Translations under genes and position numbers: made by a program
Assembly (NCBI RefSeq): GCF_006345805.1
Contig: NC_043005.1
Coordinates: forward strand, 36,208,001-36,272,000
Direction of reading: 5' to 3'
DNA: 64,000 nucleotides
From: Octopus sinensis
Lineage: Eukaryota
Notes under the pieces: generated by a model
The model's input: only the letters and a program-made list of their open reading frames with translations
What the model was told of the DNA's origin: nothing
Databases searched by the model: none
In this document: in pieces, positions 38,362 to 52,187 of the stretch
How positions within the stretch are numbered: the first letter of the stretch is position 1
How the letters are laid out: every line of letters begins with the position of its first letter

Positions 38362-39033
38362 TAACGGAAAGCTTTATGAAAATAAAGAAAAGACGAAAGC
38401 AGGTGGAATACAAACAAACAATTGTATTAGTATGGCGCTCAGGAATATAAATAAAACAAGTCTTTTACGTTTCGAGCCTACGCTCTTCAACAGAAAGATA
38501 CACAGAAAAGAAACACGGAGAGAAAAAAATGCACGAAATTGTGGAAAGTATGAAATGAATGTAAAAAAAAGATAATATATGAGAAAATAAAATAAAACGA
38601 ACGGGACAGTTTATACGAACAAGTTCAAGGTTGAGAGTTCAAGGTTAAAAATGTATAGACGTCGTGGTATATTTTTTAAGGAATTTCACATCAATAACAA
38701 AGTCACTTTGATCCGTGAAGGAGAGGTGCGGCCAGTGTAAGTATCCAGGAGGTAAAGAAAAGCCAATGTAGAGGTAAGAGTTGATAGTGGTGTTGGTAGA
38801 ATATAGGATGAAAGTGAGACCACGTAAGCGCGTAATATATAACGGGAAGCTTTAAGAAAATAAACAAAAGACGAAGGCAGGTGGAATACAAACAAACAAT
38901 TGTATTAGTATAGCGCTCAGGAATATAATTAAAGCAAGTCTTTTACGTTTAGAGCCTACGCTCTTCAACAGAAAGATACACAGAAAAGAAACACGGAGAG
39001 AAAAAATGCAGGAAATTGTGGAAAGTATGAAAT
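38362..39033 (-). mobile_element. Two near-identical copies of a Penelope-like terminal repeat (38362-38565, 38840-39033)
   Basis: About 200-bp unit aacgg(a/g)aagcttta...gtggaaagtatgaaat; further copies at about 43299-43485 and, inverted, 59530-59690. Each carries a hammerhead-like fold. Confidence 0.65.
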
Positions 39034-39373
39034 ACATACATACACACACACACACACACAGAGTCACACACACACACATATACTTCTATGCTACTTTATG
39101 AATTAAATATTTCATACGTGTACTCAAATTTAGTATTTCTTCTGCAAACCGGTCGCAATAAGTTTGATAAGAACCATGCTAAAGGTAAACAGATAATACA
39201 TTGGTTTCGTAGCTGAACAATGTTTGTTGCATAAACCCCTTTAGCTAATTGCTACGTGCGACTACCTTCGATTTATTTGCATCACCGCCCGGAAATGAGT
39301 AAATGATTCATCAATTTATCCACAGCACAAATAGCAAGTTGAGCAAAAAAAAAAAAATTTAACAAATCAGATA

Positions 39374-39782
39374 GGCGCAGGAGTGGCTGTGTGGTAAGTA
39401 GCTTGCTAACCAACCACATGGTTCCGGGTTCAGTCCCACTGCGTGGCATCTTGGGCAAGTGTCTTCTGCTATAGCCTCGGGCCGACCAAAGCCTTGTGAG
39501 TGGATTTGGTAGATGGAAACTGAAAGAAGCCTGTCGTATATATGTAGATATATATATATGTATGTGTGTGTATATGTTTGTGTGTCTGTGTTTGTCCCTC
39601 TAGCATTGCTTGACAACCGATGCTGGTGTGTTTACGTCCCCGTAACTTAGCGGTTCGGCAAAAGTGACCGTTAGAATAAGTACTGGGCTTACAAAGAATA
39701 AGTCCCGGGGTCGATTTGTTCGACTAAAGGTGGTGCTCCAGCATGGCCGCAGTCAAATGACTGAAACAAGTAAAGAGTAAAA
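39374..39782 (+). mobile_element. SINE family A, full copy
   Basis: Head, microsatellite and tail as in the 2953 copy. Confidence 0.9.
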
Positions 39783-40234
39783 TCAAATGACCAATGACAT
39801 CAATTATTAGCAAGCAAGTAACCATAAAAAGAAAAAGGGTAGGTGTGTTTACAGATGTCAGTTTACTGAAGTAGAACTAGGCTAGGTACATGGAAAGGGA
39901 GGTGGAGACGAGAAAAGAGAATGAGGGGATAAGGGTGTCTCACGACGGGGCAAAAGGATTCATTAAGCTTAGCGTCGATGAGAGAGTACAAGACATACAG
40001 GACTGATTGAACATTAAGCAACACAATAAGCGGTACTCCTAGGGCAGTTGATTTACGGTAATATTACAAAGGAGTACTTAGTAGTACGCATAGAATTGCT
40101 GCGGGGAAAAAAATAAACGTATTCAAATGTATATAAAATTATGTAACAAATACTCTTTAGCTATGGAGTATATGTAGTCTTTATTAACCTCTTCCATACC
40201 TTGCATTCTTGGATACACGTTTACATATAATGCA

Positions 40235-40296
<62 letters not shown>

Positions 40297-40300
40297 CATA

Positions 40301-40778
40301 GGCGCAGGAATGGCTGTGTGGTAAGTAGCTTGATAACCAACCGCATGGTTCCGGGTTCAGTCCCACTGCGTGGCATCTTGGGTAAGTGTCTTCTGCTATA
40401 GCCCCGGGCCGACCAATGCCTTGTGAGTGGATTTGGTAGACGGAAACTGAAAGAAGCCTGTCGTATATATGTATATATATGTGTGTGTGTTTGTGTTTGT
40501 CCCCATAGCATTGCTTGACAACCGATGCTGGTGTGTTTATGTCCCCGTCACTTAGCGGTTCGGTAAAAGAAACCGATAGAACAAGTACTGGCCTTACAAC
40601 GAATAAGTCCCGGGGTCGATTTGCTCGACTAAAGGCGGTGCTCCAGCATGGCCGCAGTCAAATGACTGAAACAAATAAAAGAGTAAAGAGTAAAAAGAGT
40701 ATACATACGTACATACATATGTGTTTGTACAAGCCGACATAAATAATGGTCTTTGCATATGCATTTACATATACGATA

Positions 40779-40876
<98 letters not shown>

Positions 40877-41085
40877 GTATGTGTGTGTGTCTGCGTTTGT
40901 TCCCCCAACATCGCTTGACAACAGATGCTGGTGTGTTTACGTTCCCGTAACTTAGCGGTTCGGCAAAAGATTCTGACAGAATAACTACTAGGCTTATAAA
41001 GAATAAGTCCTGGGTTCGATGTGCTCGCCTAAAGGTGGTGCTCCATCATGGCCGCAGTCAAATGACTGAAACAAGTAAAAAAAAT
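40301..41085 (+). mobile_element. SINE family A, full copy plus extra microsatellite and 3' half
   Basis: Full copy 40301-40700; (TA)n(TG)n plus a second 3' half at about 40785-41085. Confidence 0.9.
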
Positions 41086-41247
41086 GAAAGAAAAGAAAGA
41101 ATAAAGATTTATTATAATTAAGGGCATAGAAAAATTTAGCCTATATGTTGAAAAAGAGACGCTAAATTGTCCAACCAGTTTAAATTATCACAAAATTACA
41201 CTTGTTTTGAAATCGATGCAGTAAGCTAAAGGAAATTCCTAAAAATA

Positions 41248-41552
41248 CAATTAGTTCTGGATTGATCAATTAGTTAGTTCTGGATTAGCCTAATGGCTTT
41301 TCCACGTCAGCAGAGTATATTCACTTCGCGACAATCTAGTCACTTATGGACTGCTCTGACCGAAAACACACATGCTGAGATAGGCTACGAAATTCTATCT
41401 GGATGTATTTGTGGTGTTTATGTGTAATCATGGCTTTGCGTTTGCTTGCCTGTGGGTATGTATAAATATCTCAATTATTTCCCCAAGTATGCTCTGCTGA
41501 CGAGAAAAAGCCATTAGGCTTATCCAGAAATTAACCAATCCAGAGTTAACTG
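41248..41552. mobile_element. 305-bp MITE, Tc1/mariner-type (TA TSD)
   Basis: TA at 41246-47 and 41553-54. TIRs about 70 bp (41248-41321 and 41485-41552): caattagttctggattg...agcctaatggctttt...cgtcagcagag versus the reverse complement cagttaactctggattgg...agcctaatggctttt...cgtcagcagag. Confidence 0.85.
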
Positions 41553-41769
41553 TATTTTTATGAATTTACTTTAGCTTACTCCCGCGATTTCAACACGTGC
41601 GTAATTTTGTGGTGGTTTGAAGTGGCTGGACGATTTAGCGTCTATTTTCAGCATATAGGCCATGTTTTTTTCGATGTCCTTAATTATGATTATAAATATG
41701 ACTACACCTTAATAGGCCTATTTTTATATGCTGGCCACTGCTAAAATCTTTAAAGATTTTATCCTTTAT

Positions 41770-41807
<38 letters not shown>

Positions 41808-41960
41808 GTATATATGTATATACAAATATACAACAAATATATATGTGTATATGATATATATATATATTATATATATATATATTATATATATATATAATAT
41901 ATATACACAATATATATATATGCATTTATATATATATACATATATATCTTATATATAATG

Positions 41961-42012
<52 letters not shown>

Positions 42013-42760
42013 TATATATATATATATATATTATAATAAATATATATATATGTAAGTATGCAAATATACTTGCATATAAATGCATACACACACAGATACA
42101 TAAAGACAAACACAAGCACAAGCGCAGCATTCTTTGTTCTATTCTAGGAAGGCGATTTCTTACAATATACATACAAGAAAATAGAAACCTTCTTCCTAAA
42201 ATTCTAATCACGCAATACAGAACTAAGAGGGAATAAAAATTGTACGAAAGGTATGACTACCAATGAATCGTCGTTCATTAAATGACTCGTTCTTTCTTTT
42301 TTGATGTTTGACAAAGAAATTAAGCAATCAATTGTTCAATTATTTATCTAGTTTGTTGATATGACCCTGAAATGGAAAGTTGACCGTTACCAAGTAAAAA
42401 CAAAATCTGCTTTCAGCGCACAGTGAAGAATCTTGGAGTCTAAATCCTAAAACCACACACACACACGCACGCACACACACACACACACACACACAAGCAC
42501 AAGCACAAGCACACACGCGCGCACATGTAGTGTACATGCATATGAATTCTCTCTTACACCCATACATACAGAAGCAGTTGTTATAGATATATATATAGAT
42601 TTATGTGAATTGTATAGGTATATATGTATATATACATACATGGAAGTATACATATATGTGTATGTGTGTTTGTGTGTGCATGTGTGCGCGCGTACATATA
42701 TATTCTCTATTTCTCTCTTCTCTCCTATATATGTATGTATATATATATTTACACCACACA

Positions 42761-42791
<31 letters not shown>

Positions 42792-42816
42792 CAACATATA
42801 TATTATATATATATAT

Positions 42817-42849
<33 letters not shown>

Positions 42850-43244
42850 CATAATACATATATATATATGCGTACTTAGAAATCTAAATTGAGGGTGTAG
42901 AATGGGGAAAATGTATGCTACATATGTTTCTTAACTCGCTGAATCTGGTGATGCAATACTTACGTATCATGAGCTGCAGTTAGTTAAGAAATGATTGTAG
43001 CGTGCATTTTCCTTATTCCACTCGCTCACTTTGGATTTTTATTCGCATATTTACCACCAATAGTTACTAATAGTGAGCTATTTAGTAACAATCAGCTAAT
43101 CGAATTTCTTTAGCAACTTAGGAATGGAAATATTCTCTAATTCTCGATGCCAATAAGTTGCTGTATCTCTCAAGCTTTTGTTCTTCATATCAGCTGCTTT
43201 TATTTATTTATTTATTTATTTATTTGTTATAATTATATATATAT

Positions 43245-43300
<56 letters not shown>

Positions 43301-43661
43301 CGGGAAGCTTATGAAAATAAACAAAAGACGAAGGCAGGTGGAAAACAAACGAACAATTGTATTAGTATGGCGCTCAGGAAATATAAATAAAACAAGTCTT
43401 TAACGTTTCGAGCCTACGCTCTTCAACAGAAAGATACACAGAGAGAGAAAAACACAGAAAGAAGGAGAGAAAAAAAATGCGTGCAGTAGCTAACGAATCA
43501 ACAATGGCGATCTGATTTCGGCCAGAGGTCAAAGATCAAACATGAGACGCGAGAGCGAAATAAGGGGAGATAATGGGTTGATAAGGGGTTGAGGGACCAG
43601 CTAAAAGTGCGTGGGAGGGGTCTGGATGTGTGTAATGTATTAGTATGTATAAGGGTGTGTG

Positions 43662-43692
<31 letters not shown>

Positions 43693-43914
43693 AGAGAGTA
43701 TTAGTGCGTAAGATTGGTCTGGACATTGGTATGTATGGGGTTGGTGTATGTATTAGTATGTATTAGTATGTATTAGTACGTATTGGTATGTATAGGTATG
43801 TGTGTGTGTGTGTGGAGAGTATAAGTGCGTATGCGGGGTCTGGACGTGTGTATGTATAGGGTTGGTGTAGTATTAGTATGTACTAGTATGTATTAGTACG
43901 TATTAGTATGTATT

Positions 43915-44014
43915 NNNNNNNNNNNNNNNNNNNNNNNNNNNNNNNNNNNNNNNNNNNNNNNNNNNNNNNNNNNNNNNNNNNNNNNNNNNNNNNNNNNNNN
44001 NNNNNNNNNNNNNN
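43915..44014. other. Assembly gap (100 N)
   Basis: Run of N, preceded by a 10-bp (tattagtatg)n minisatellite. Confidence 1.
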
Positions 44015-44029
44015 TTGTAATTTCCTCAC

Positions 44030-44841
44030 TCTTTGTAATTTATCTGTCTTTCTTTCTCACATTCTCTCTTTCTTTTTCTCCCTTTCTCTTTCTCTCCTCT
44101 CTCTCTCTCTCTCTTTGTACCCACCACTCATTCCCCCCCACTCAACAATTACTGTGCCTCCCCACTCTGTTACTGTTCCTCCCCCCTCTAACTAGTCTTT
44201 CTTTACTCCTTCTTCCCATCTTCCTTTTCCAGCCTGCTTTCTTTCATTCTGCTTCCTTCTCCCATCGTCTCGATATCTTAGAGTAAGTCTCTCCTCGTCC
44301 TCCTTCTCGTCCTCCTCCTCCTTCTGGCCGTCCTCCTCGTCCTCCACCTCGTCCTCCACCTCGTCCTCCACCTCGTCCTCCACCTCCTTCTCCAACTTAC
44401 CTGCATCTTCTCCTCCTCCCCTCCACGTCCTCGTTCTCCTCCCCTCCTCTTCCTCATTCCTCTTTCCTCCTCGTCCTCCTCCTCCACCACCTTACCTGCA
44501 CCTTCTCCTCCCCTCCTCGTCCTCGTTCTCTTCCTCATTCTCCTCGTCCTCCTTCTCCCCTCCTCGTCGTCCTCCCCTTCCTCCTCCCCTCCTCGTCCTC
44601 GTTCTCCTCCTCTCCTCGTCCTCCTCCTCCTCCCCTCCTCCTCCTCCTTACCTCCACCTTCTCCTCCTCCTCCCCGCCTCGTCGTTGTCCTCATCCTCCT
44701 CTCCTCCTCGTCCTCCTCCTCCTCCTCCTCCTCCTCCTCCTCCTCCTCCTCTCAGCTGATGCTTCGTTCGTTTCATTGTCGTCAAGTGTTTCGCGCAGCT
44801 CAACAAGCACGTGTTTGTGGTTGGCATTTTTTCTCTCTTTT

Positions 44842-44872
<31 letters not shown>

Positions 44873-46477
44873 TTTGACTGTTGTTGTGGCGAACTAGAAA
44901 CACAAAAGCTAAATGAATAATACGAACAACAACAACAACTACAATTCTCAACAACAACTACAACGATAGCAAGAACAACAATTACTACAACAATAACTAC
45001 AGCAGTAGCAACAACAGCAGCAACAGCAACAGCAACAACAATTACAATATCAACAACTATAATTGCAGCATCAATCTCAGCAGTAATTACAGTAGTAATA
45101 GCAACAGCAGCAACAACAATAGTTACAGCGACACTACTGGAAGAAGCAGCAGCAGCAACACCACCAGTAGTAGTAGTAGTAGAGTAGTAGTAGTAGTAGT
45201 GTGGTGGTGGTGGTGGTGGTGGTGGTGGGAGTACTAGTAGTAGTGGTGGTGGTGGTGGTGGTAGTAGTATTAGTAGTAGTATTAGTAGTGGTGGTGGTGG
45301 TGGTAGTAGTATTAGTAGTAGTAGTAGTAGTAGTAACAGCAGCAGCAGTAGTAGTAACAATAACAACTAGCAATAAGTACCAGCAGCTTTTCGAATAAAA
45401 GCCACAATTACAACTTATAATAACAAAAAGTAAACACCACAAAGCAAAAGAAAACAAAAAGGAATTATAAACAAATATACACGCATATACACATTCATAA
45501 CATACACACACACAAACATACATACATACATACAGACAGACAGACAGACAGGCATACATACACACACATACATACATACATACACACATACATGCATACA
45601 TACATACCTACATACACATACATAAATACTTACATACACACATACATACAGACAGACATACATACACACACATACATACATACTTACATACACACATACA
45701 TACATACTTACATACACACATACATACAGACAGACATACATACACACACATACATACATACTTACATACACACATACATACATACTTACATACACACATA
45801 CATACATACATACATACATGCATACATACATACATACATACATACACACATACATACATACATACACCACGTACATACATACTTACATGCATACGTACAT
45901 ACATACATACATGCATACATACATACATACATGCATACATACATACATACATACATACATACATACATACATACATACATACATACACACACACATACAT
46001 ACATACATACATACATACATACATGCATACATACATACACATACATACATACATACATACATACATACATACATACATACACATACATACATACATACAT
46101 ACATATATACATACATACATACATACATGCATACATGCATACATACATACATGCATACATACATACATACATACATACATGCATACATGCATACATGCAT
46201 ACATACACTCACGCAGAATCACTAGAGAAACAAGAACAAGCATCAAGAAAATGTAATAGATGTGATTGACGACAACAATGATAATGATAGTGATGCTGAT
46301 GAGAGTGGTGGTGGTGGTGGTGATGATGGTGGTGGTGGTGGTGGTGGTGGTGGTAGTGGTTGTGATGATGACGTGATGATGATAATGATGATAGATAAGG
46401 ATGATGGTGGTGATGATGATGATGTTGCTGACGACGATGAGGATGGATATGACGGTGGTGGTGGTTGTGGTGTATGG

Positions 46478-46523
<46 letters not shown>

Positions 46524-46920
46524 GATGTTGGCGATGATGATGATGATGATGATGGTGATGATGGCGATAATGATGATGATGATGATAATGATGATGATAA
46601 TGATGGTGATGATGAGGATGATGCTGGTGAGGATGGTGGTGGTGGTGCAGGTGTTCCTGCTGCTGGTGCTGATGAGGATGATGACGATGACGGTAATGAT
46701 CATGGTGAAGAGGGCGATGATGATGATGGTGAGGATGATGATGATGATGGTAATGGTGGTGGTTCGGCTACTGCTGAAGATGATGATACTGGTTATGATG
46801 ATGATATCTAGGTTGTTAGTAATAATGATGATGGTGATGGGCTTGATGATGATGGCGGTAGTGATGACAACGAAGTTGATGGTGTTGGTGGTGATGTCGG
46901 CCGTGGTGGTGGCGCGGTTG
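44030..46920. repeat. Large low-complexity block: (TCC)n, (CAA/CAG)n, (TAG/TGG)n, (TACA)n, (GAT/GGT)n
   Basis: Directly visible; accounts for all long ORFs in the track here. Confidence 0.95.
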
Positions 46921-48338
46921 ATGTTTATGGCGAGGACGTTACAGTTTGCTGTAAGAATGCCGAATTGAAATCAATGGAATGTAATATTTCATTGAGTTTT
47001 CAAGTTTAAAATAGCTCAATACTGACAGACGGGTTGGTTGACTGGTTGTTTGTATATAAAGCCTGCATTGAAGGAATTTCTTGGTGGTATTATGAAAGAC
47101 GGGCGGTCGTCTGACGCTGATTTGTAACAGTTATTTTAGCAATAACAATAAAAGAAACCCACCACAATGCTACAGCTTTAAATAATGAGTTCTTGGCTGG
47201 TTATAAACCCTTAAAATTATGGGGGTTAAATAGTGACATTTATGTCTTTTATAAAACAAGAATTAGCAAAGCAAGCTAATTCAAAATGAGAGGAGAAACT
47301 GACTTGCAAATTTATTATTCTAACAATCAACTTCTCTTTTATATCCGTGGTTTACTTTTTATGCTTTCCTGTAAATATATGTGTATTTTAGAGAACAAAG
47401 CTAAGCGTGGACCAATGTTTAAAGTATTTCGCTTTTTATCATTAGTTTATAGGTTCCGTCTTAATGCACGATATCTTGGATATTTCGTCTTGTAATTTTG
47501 ATCTACTTCTTGTTAAGTGAAACCGGAAGTGAAGGAAATGTATGGAAGCACATCAGAGAGAGTGGACCTATAATTTGAATAGCCAGATTGTGTCACAGTG
47601 ATTCTTCTGATCCGATTTTAATAATTTTACAGTATTTTGTTGGTCACACACAAAAACCTGATCGTTTGTTCCACAAGAAATAAAAGTGCAGTAAAGAGTC
47701 TGCCACACGTCTGTCACATGTCATGAGAAAAAAAGTCACGTACATGTCAAATGTACACTTATTGGTCGATAGGAAAATGAGTTTGGTCCGAGTTTGTAAT
47801 TCTTTTAACTTAACGTAACACATACACATGTACACATACGTCGACACACACACAAGTACAAAGAGACAAAACTTTAACACCTGTTAGAGCATTTGCGTCT
47901 TAGGGCTCTACCCGTTGGGAGGTCGAGGGTTGCGTTTTGTCAAAGTACATCAGTGGAAGAATCTCGAAGAGAAGAAGAGAGAGGGAGTGAGTGGTAGAAA
48001 TAGGGAAAAAGAAACTGAATGTGAATACTCTCCGTCTCTCTAACTCTTACGTTACGAACATCTTTCAGTCTGACTGTTTGTCTGTCTGTCTGTCTGTGCA
48101 TTGGTATTTGCTGCGTTAATTTTCCAGGGTAGGCTTGGCAGTTTCTGTAGTATGGCTTATACTTATTGATGCATTTTTGCATATTACGGAGATGTACTTG
48201 CATAGCAAGTGACCTGATCTGAGATCGTCTGCTGAAACAAAAACAATTGCAGCGTTTAAAAGCCATTTAAGAAACACACAAAAACCGCTAGATTCACTTC
48301 AACATTTAAATTTAATTTGGCAAAATATTCTCGTAGGA

Positions 48339-48428
48339 CAGTTTTATGATGATCTAGCACGATTATTGAGAAAAGTACGAATTTCGGACAAGCTGGTCAT
48401 ATTGGGAAATTTCAATGCAAGAGTTAGT
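48339..48428 (+). mobile_element. RTE-type LINE APE endonuclease fragment
   Basis: QFYDDLARLLRKVRISDKLVILGNFNARVS matches the FYxxL...DKLxxLGDFNARVG motif. Confidence 0.75.
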
Positions 48429-48484
48429 TGAAAGAACTGTGTTTCGTGGCCTATTTTAGGTCATACACACACATACTACATATA

Positions 48485-48872
48485 TCTATATATATAAAAC
48501 TCAACTTGTGTGTCTGTGTGTATATCTGTGTGTGTGTGTCTGTGTGTTTAACTTCCCGGCACATCTCCTCCTAGCCAACAAATGGGTCACTTAAAGTTTA
48601 GGCGAATGAAAATTGAACTGCGCTATTTCTGTTCCGAAATTCATCTCGCAAGTGCAAAAATCGATAATGTGTTTATTTAGGCCTAATCCCATGCATTGAA
48701 TAGTGAACTTTACTCAGTCAGCGGTTTGTGTTCACCACGCGTGCAAGCGTGCGCAAATTGCATGAAAAATAAAAAAAAATCAAGATATAAAAACGAATCG
48801 CCGTAAACATTGTTGAAATTCGGCAAAGAAATGAATTTTCGGGATGTAGCCTGGAGGGTTTTTTTCGTATTA

Positions 48873-48971
<99 letters not shown>

Positions 48972-49003
48972 TATATATATATATATATCATCATATATAT
49001 ATG

Positions 49004-49045
<42 letters not shown>

Positions 49046-49392
49046 TATACACATATATACATACATATATATATATTATATATATATATACATATATATA
49101 TATACATATATACATATATATATATATGAGAGCATGATAGAAGAAGGCTAACCCTCGGTAGAAGAAAAAATTCAAATCGGACCATGTTAACACCAAAAAT
49201 TATTTACATCAAAAAGGTGCCTTTTTTCTATGAATATCTCTATTTTTTACGATGTTTTGACTGCTGTGTCGCCATTTTTCGGTGTATTTCACTTAAAGAG
49301 AATAACAAGCTACATACTGCCAAATTTTTTACTTATCAAAAATTCCAATTCTAAAGGGTCTAAACAAATCGCAACGCCGGGCGATACTGCTA

Positions 49393-49393
<1 letters not shown>
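48485..49393 (+). mobile_element. Probable non-autonomous Helitron (or ends of two Helitrons)
   Basis: A|TCTATATATATAAAA followed by (TG/TCTG)n at the 5' end; GC-rich caacgccgggcg then CTAG|T at 49390-49394. No TSD, as expected for Helitrons. Confidence 0.5.
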
Positions 49394-49423
<30 letters not shown>

Positions 49424-49426
<3 letters not shown>

Positions 49427-49900
49427 GACAGGCTTCTTTCAGTTTCCATCTACCAAATCCACTACTCACAAGGCTTTGATCGACCTGAGGCTATAGTAGA
49501 AGACACTTGCCACGCAGTGGGACTGAACCTGTAACCATGTGGTTCGTAAGCAAGCCACATACCACCAGCAACTCATACGCCTATGTAAACATATACTCTT
49601 TACTCTTTTACTCTTTTACTTGTTTCAGTCATTTGACTGCGGCCATGCTGGAGCACTGCCTTTAATCGAGCAACTCGACCCCAGGACTTATTCTTTTGTA
49701 AGCCCAGTACTTATTCTATCGGTCTTTTTTGCCGAACCGCTAAGTAACGGGGACATAAACACACCAGCATCGGTTGTCAAGCAATGCTAGGGGGACAAAC
49801 ACAGACACAGACACACACACACACATATATATATATATATTATACATATATACGACGGGCTTCTTTCAGTTTCCGTCTACCAAATCCACTCACAAGGCTT
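49424..49900 (-). mobile_element. Two partial family A SINEs (5' half 49424-49582; 5'-truncated copy 49596-49900)
   Basis: Reverse complements of family A segments. Confidence 0.85.
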
Positions 49901-51070
49901 TTTTTGTATTAAATTTATTTAACATATTTTGTATATCGACTTGTCGAAGTTGCTTATCCTTACATATTTACTCCTATGTGTGTGTGTGTGTGTGTGTGTG
50001 GGTGTGTGTGTGCATGTGTGTGTGTGAGCGCGCGTGCGCGTGTAAATATATACGCAAGTAAACACATATGTAAGGAACAAGGTGTAAAAAATAGTATTCG
50101 AATATCAAAGGTATGTTATTAAAACAAAACTGCACAAATCTGTTACTCAGAGTTTTATGTGTGTGCAAAACAGTAAGATGTGTGTATGTATGTAGGTATG
50201 TATGTGTGTATATGTTTGTGTGTGTTTTGTGTGTGTGTTCTTATGCGATTTGATTTTCGATGGTAGTTCTGTCAGTTTACCATTATTATACTTATTGATA
50301 TATTATATATTTATATACAAACATATGTTTATAATTTTCTATCTGTCTGTATATATATACATTTACATATACATACATACGTATGTGTAGGATTATATAT
50401 ATATACATTATATATGTATGTATGTGTGTTTTTACACGTAAGTATATATACAGAGAGAGAGAAAGAGAGAAAGGAAGAGATTTGTGTATACACACATACA
50501 CACACTCACAGTCACTCGTGCGTGCACGCACATACGCACGCATTCACACACACACACAAACACACATAAACACACAAAATCTCAGCATATTTTCTTTGAT
50601 GTTTCACGGCAGAAACAGAAGGTGGATTAGGTTAGTTTATATTTCGTTTGAAACGTCGGAGACTTTCGTGATTTGTATGAATACATTAATAGGTTGTGGG
50701 CTCCAGAGGTCTACCAGGCTAGACAGGAACAATTAGCCATAGTAACGCTGCGTTAGTTTGTGTATAAAGATAGACATACTCAGGAGTACTGCCAGACAAG
50801 TAATGGTAACTGAAACGTGTACGAATATATTCTTAACAGTTCCGTCAGCGGAGAAAAATAGCTATTGTTGCTGTGGTAGATGGTCACTTCATGAAGAAGT
50901 AGTTTAGTTTTGCTCAAAAGTGAGGCTTCTTATTGCTCATGTTGTTGACGTTGTTGCTGTTGTTGTGTAAGCTAAGTTCAAATCTATAACTGGAGGATCT
51001 ATGTGATAGGTATTCGAGAGGATCTGTGATGAACCGTAACTCTCCTCTGTTTTCTTCAAATAGTGGTGAA

Positions 51071-51587
51071 GGTGCGTGGCTTAGTGGTTAGGATATTTGG
51101 CTCAAGGTCGTGAGTTCGATTCCTGGCCATGCGCTATGTCCTCGAGCAAGACATTTTATTGCAGCACGTTGCTCCAGTTCACTCAGTTGGGAAAATGAAC
51201 TGTAATATAATAAGTAAAAGGACCAGCTTTGTCACATTCTTCGCCACGGTGAAAATCACTCGGAACTACGCTAAAGGTACGCGTGTCTGTGGAGTACTCA
51301 GCCACTTGCAGATTAATTTCATGATCCGGCTGTTCCTGGGGACTAGATCATACTCTTTTTACTCTCTCTTTTTACTCTTTTTACTTGTTTCAGTCATTTG
51401 ACTGTGGCCATGCTGGAGCACCGTATTTAGTCGAGCAAATCGACCCCAGGACTTATTCTTTGTAAGCCTAGTACTTAATCTATCGGTCTCTTTTTTCTGA
51501 ACAGCTAAGTTACGGGGACGCAAACACACCACCATCGGTTGTCAAGCGATGTTGGGGGGACAAACACACACACACAAACACATATAC

Positions 51588-51618
<31 letters not shown>

Positions 51619-51781
51619 CGACGAGCTTCATTCAGTTTCCGTCTACTAAATCCACTCACAAGGCTTTGGTCGGCCAGAGGCTATAGTAGAAGACACTTGC
51701 CCGAGGTGCCACGCAGTGGGACTGAACCCGGAACCATGTGGTTGGTAAGCAAGCTACTTACTACACAGCCACTCCTGCGCC
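51071..51781. mobile_element. Family C SINE (plus, 51071-51335) tail-to-tail with a full family A SINE (minus, 51350-51781)
   Basis: Plus head ggtgcgtggcttagtggttagg...gagttcgattcc; minus copy ends at ...actcctgcgcc 51781. Confidence 0.85.
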
Positions 51782-52187
51782 TACTCATGTGGACGTTCTT
51801 TGTGAAGTTATTTAACAAAAAATATATATTTAAAATAATTAATGAAAATACTTAACAAAATGGATGAAGGACAATAAAAATTCACTCATATAGATATAGT
51901 TGGAATATTTAATATGAAATATGTGTTGGGTGAATAGTAATTAATATTGCACCGGTATTGGGATGGAAATTAATGAGTTTTAGTCTTGAATTACCGCAAC
52001 TCATCCAGATTCAGCTTCCCAATTAATTAAACATCTTTAATGTTCAAATTCCTGTCAGGTATTTATCAACACACTGGATAACCAGCCACAGAGAATCTGA
52101 AAAAGTCAGCACTGACCACTTTACCGACTCTTGGCCTAGCATGTTATTTTAAGGGAGATTTCGCCGCTGTTTATGGATCATCAGAAA

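Noticed and set aside
47520-47535. ETS-like CCGGAAGTG motifs (also 56472) and E-boxes (7797, 13318)
   Set aside because: Isolated short motifs are expected by chance in 64 kb.
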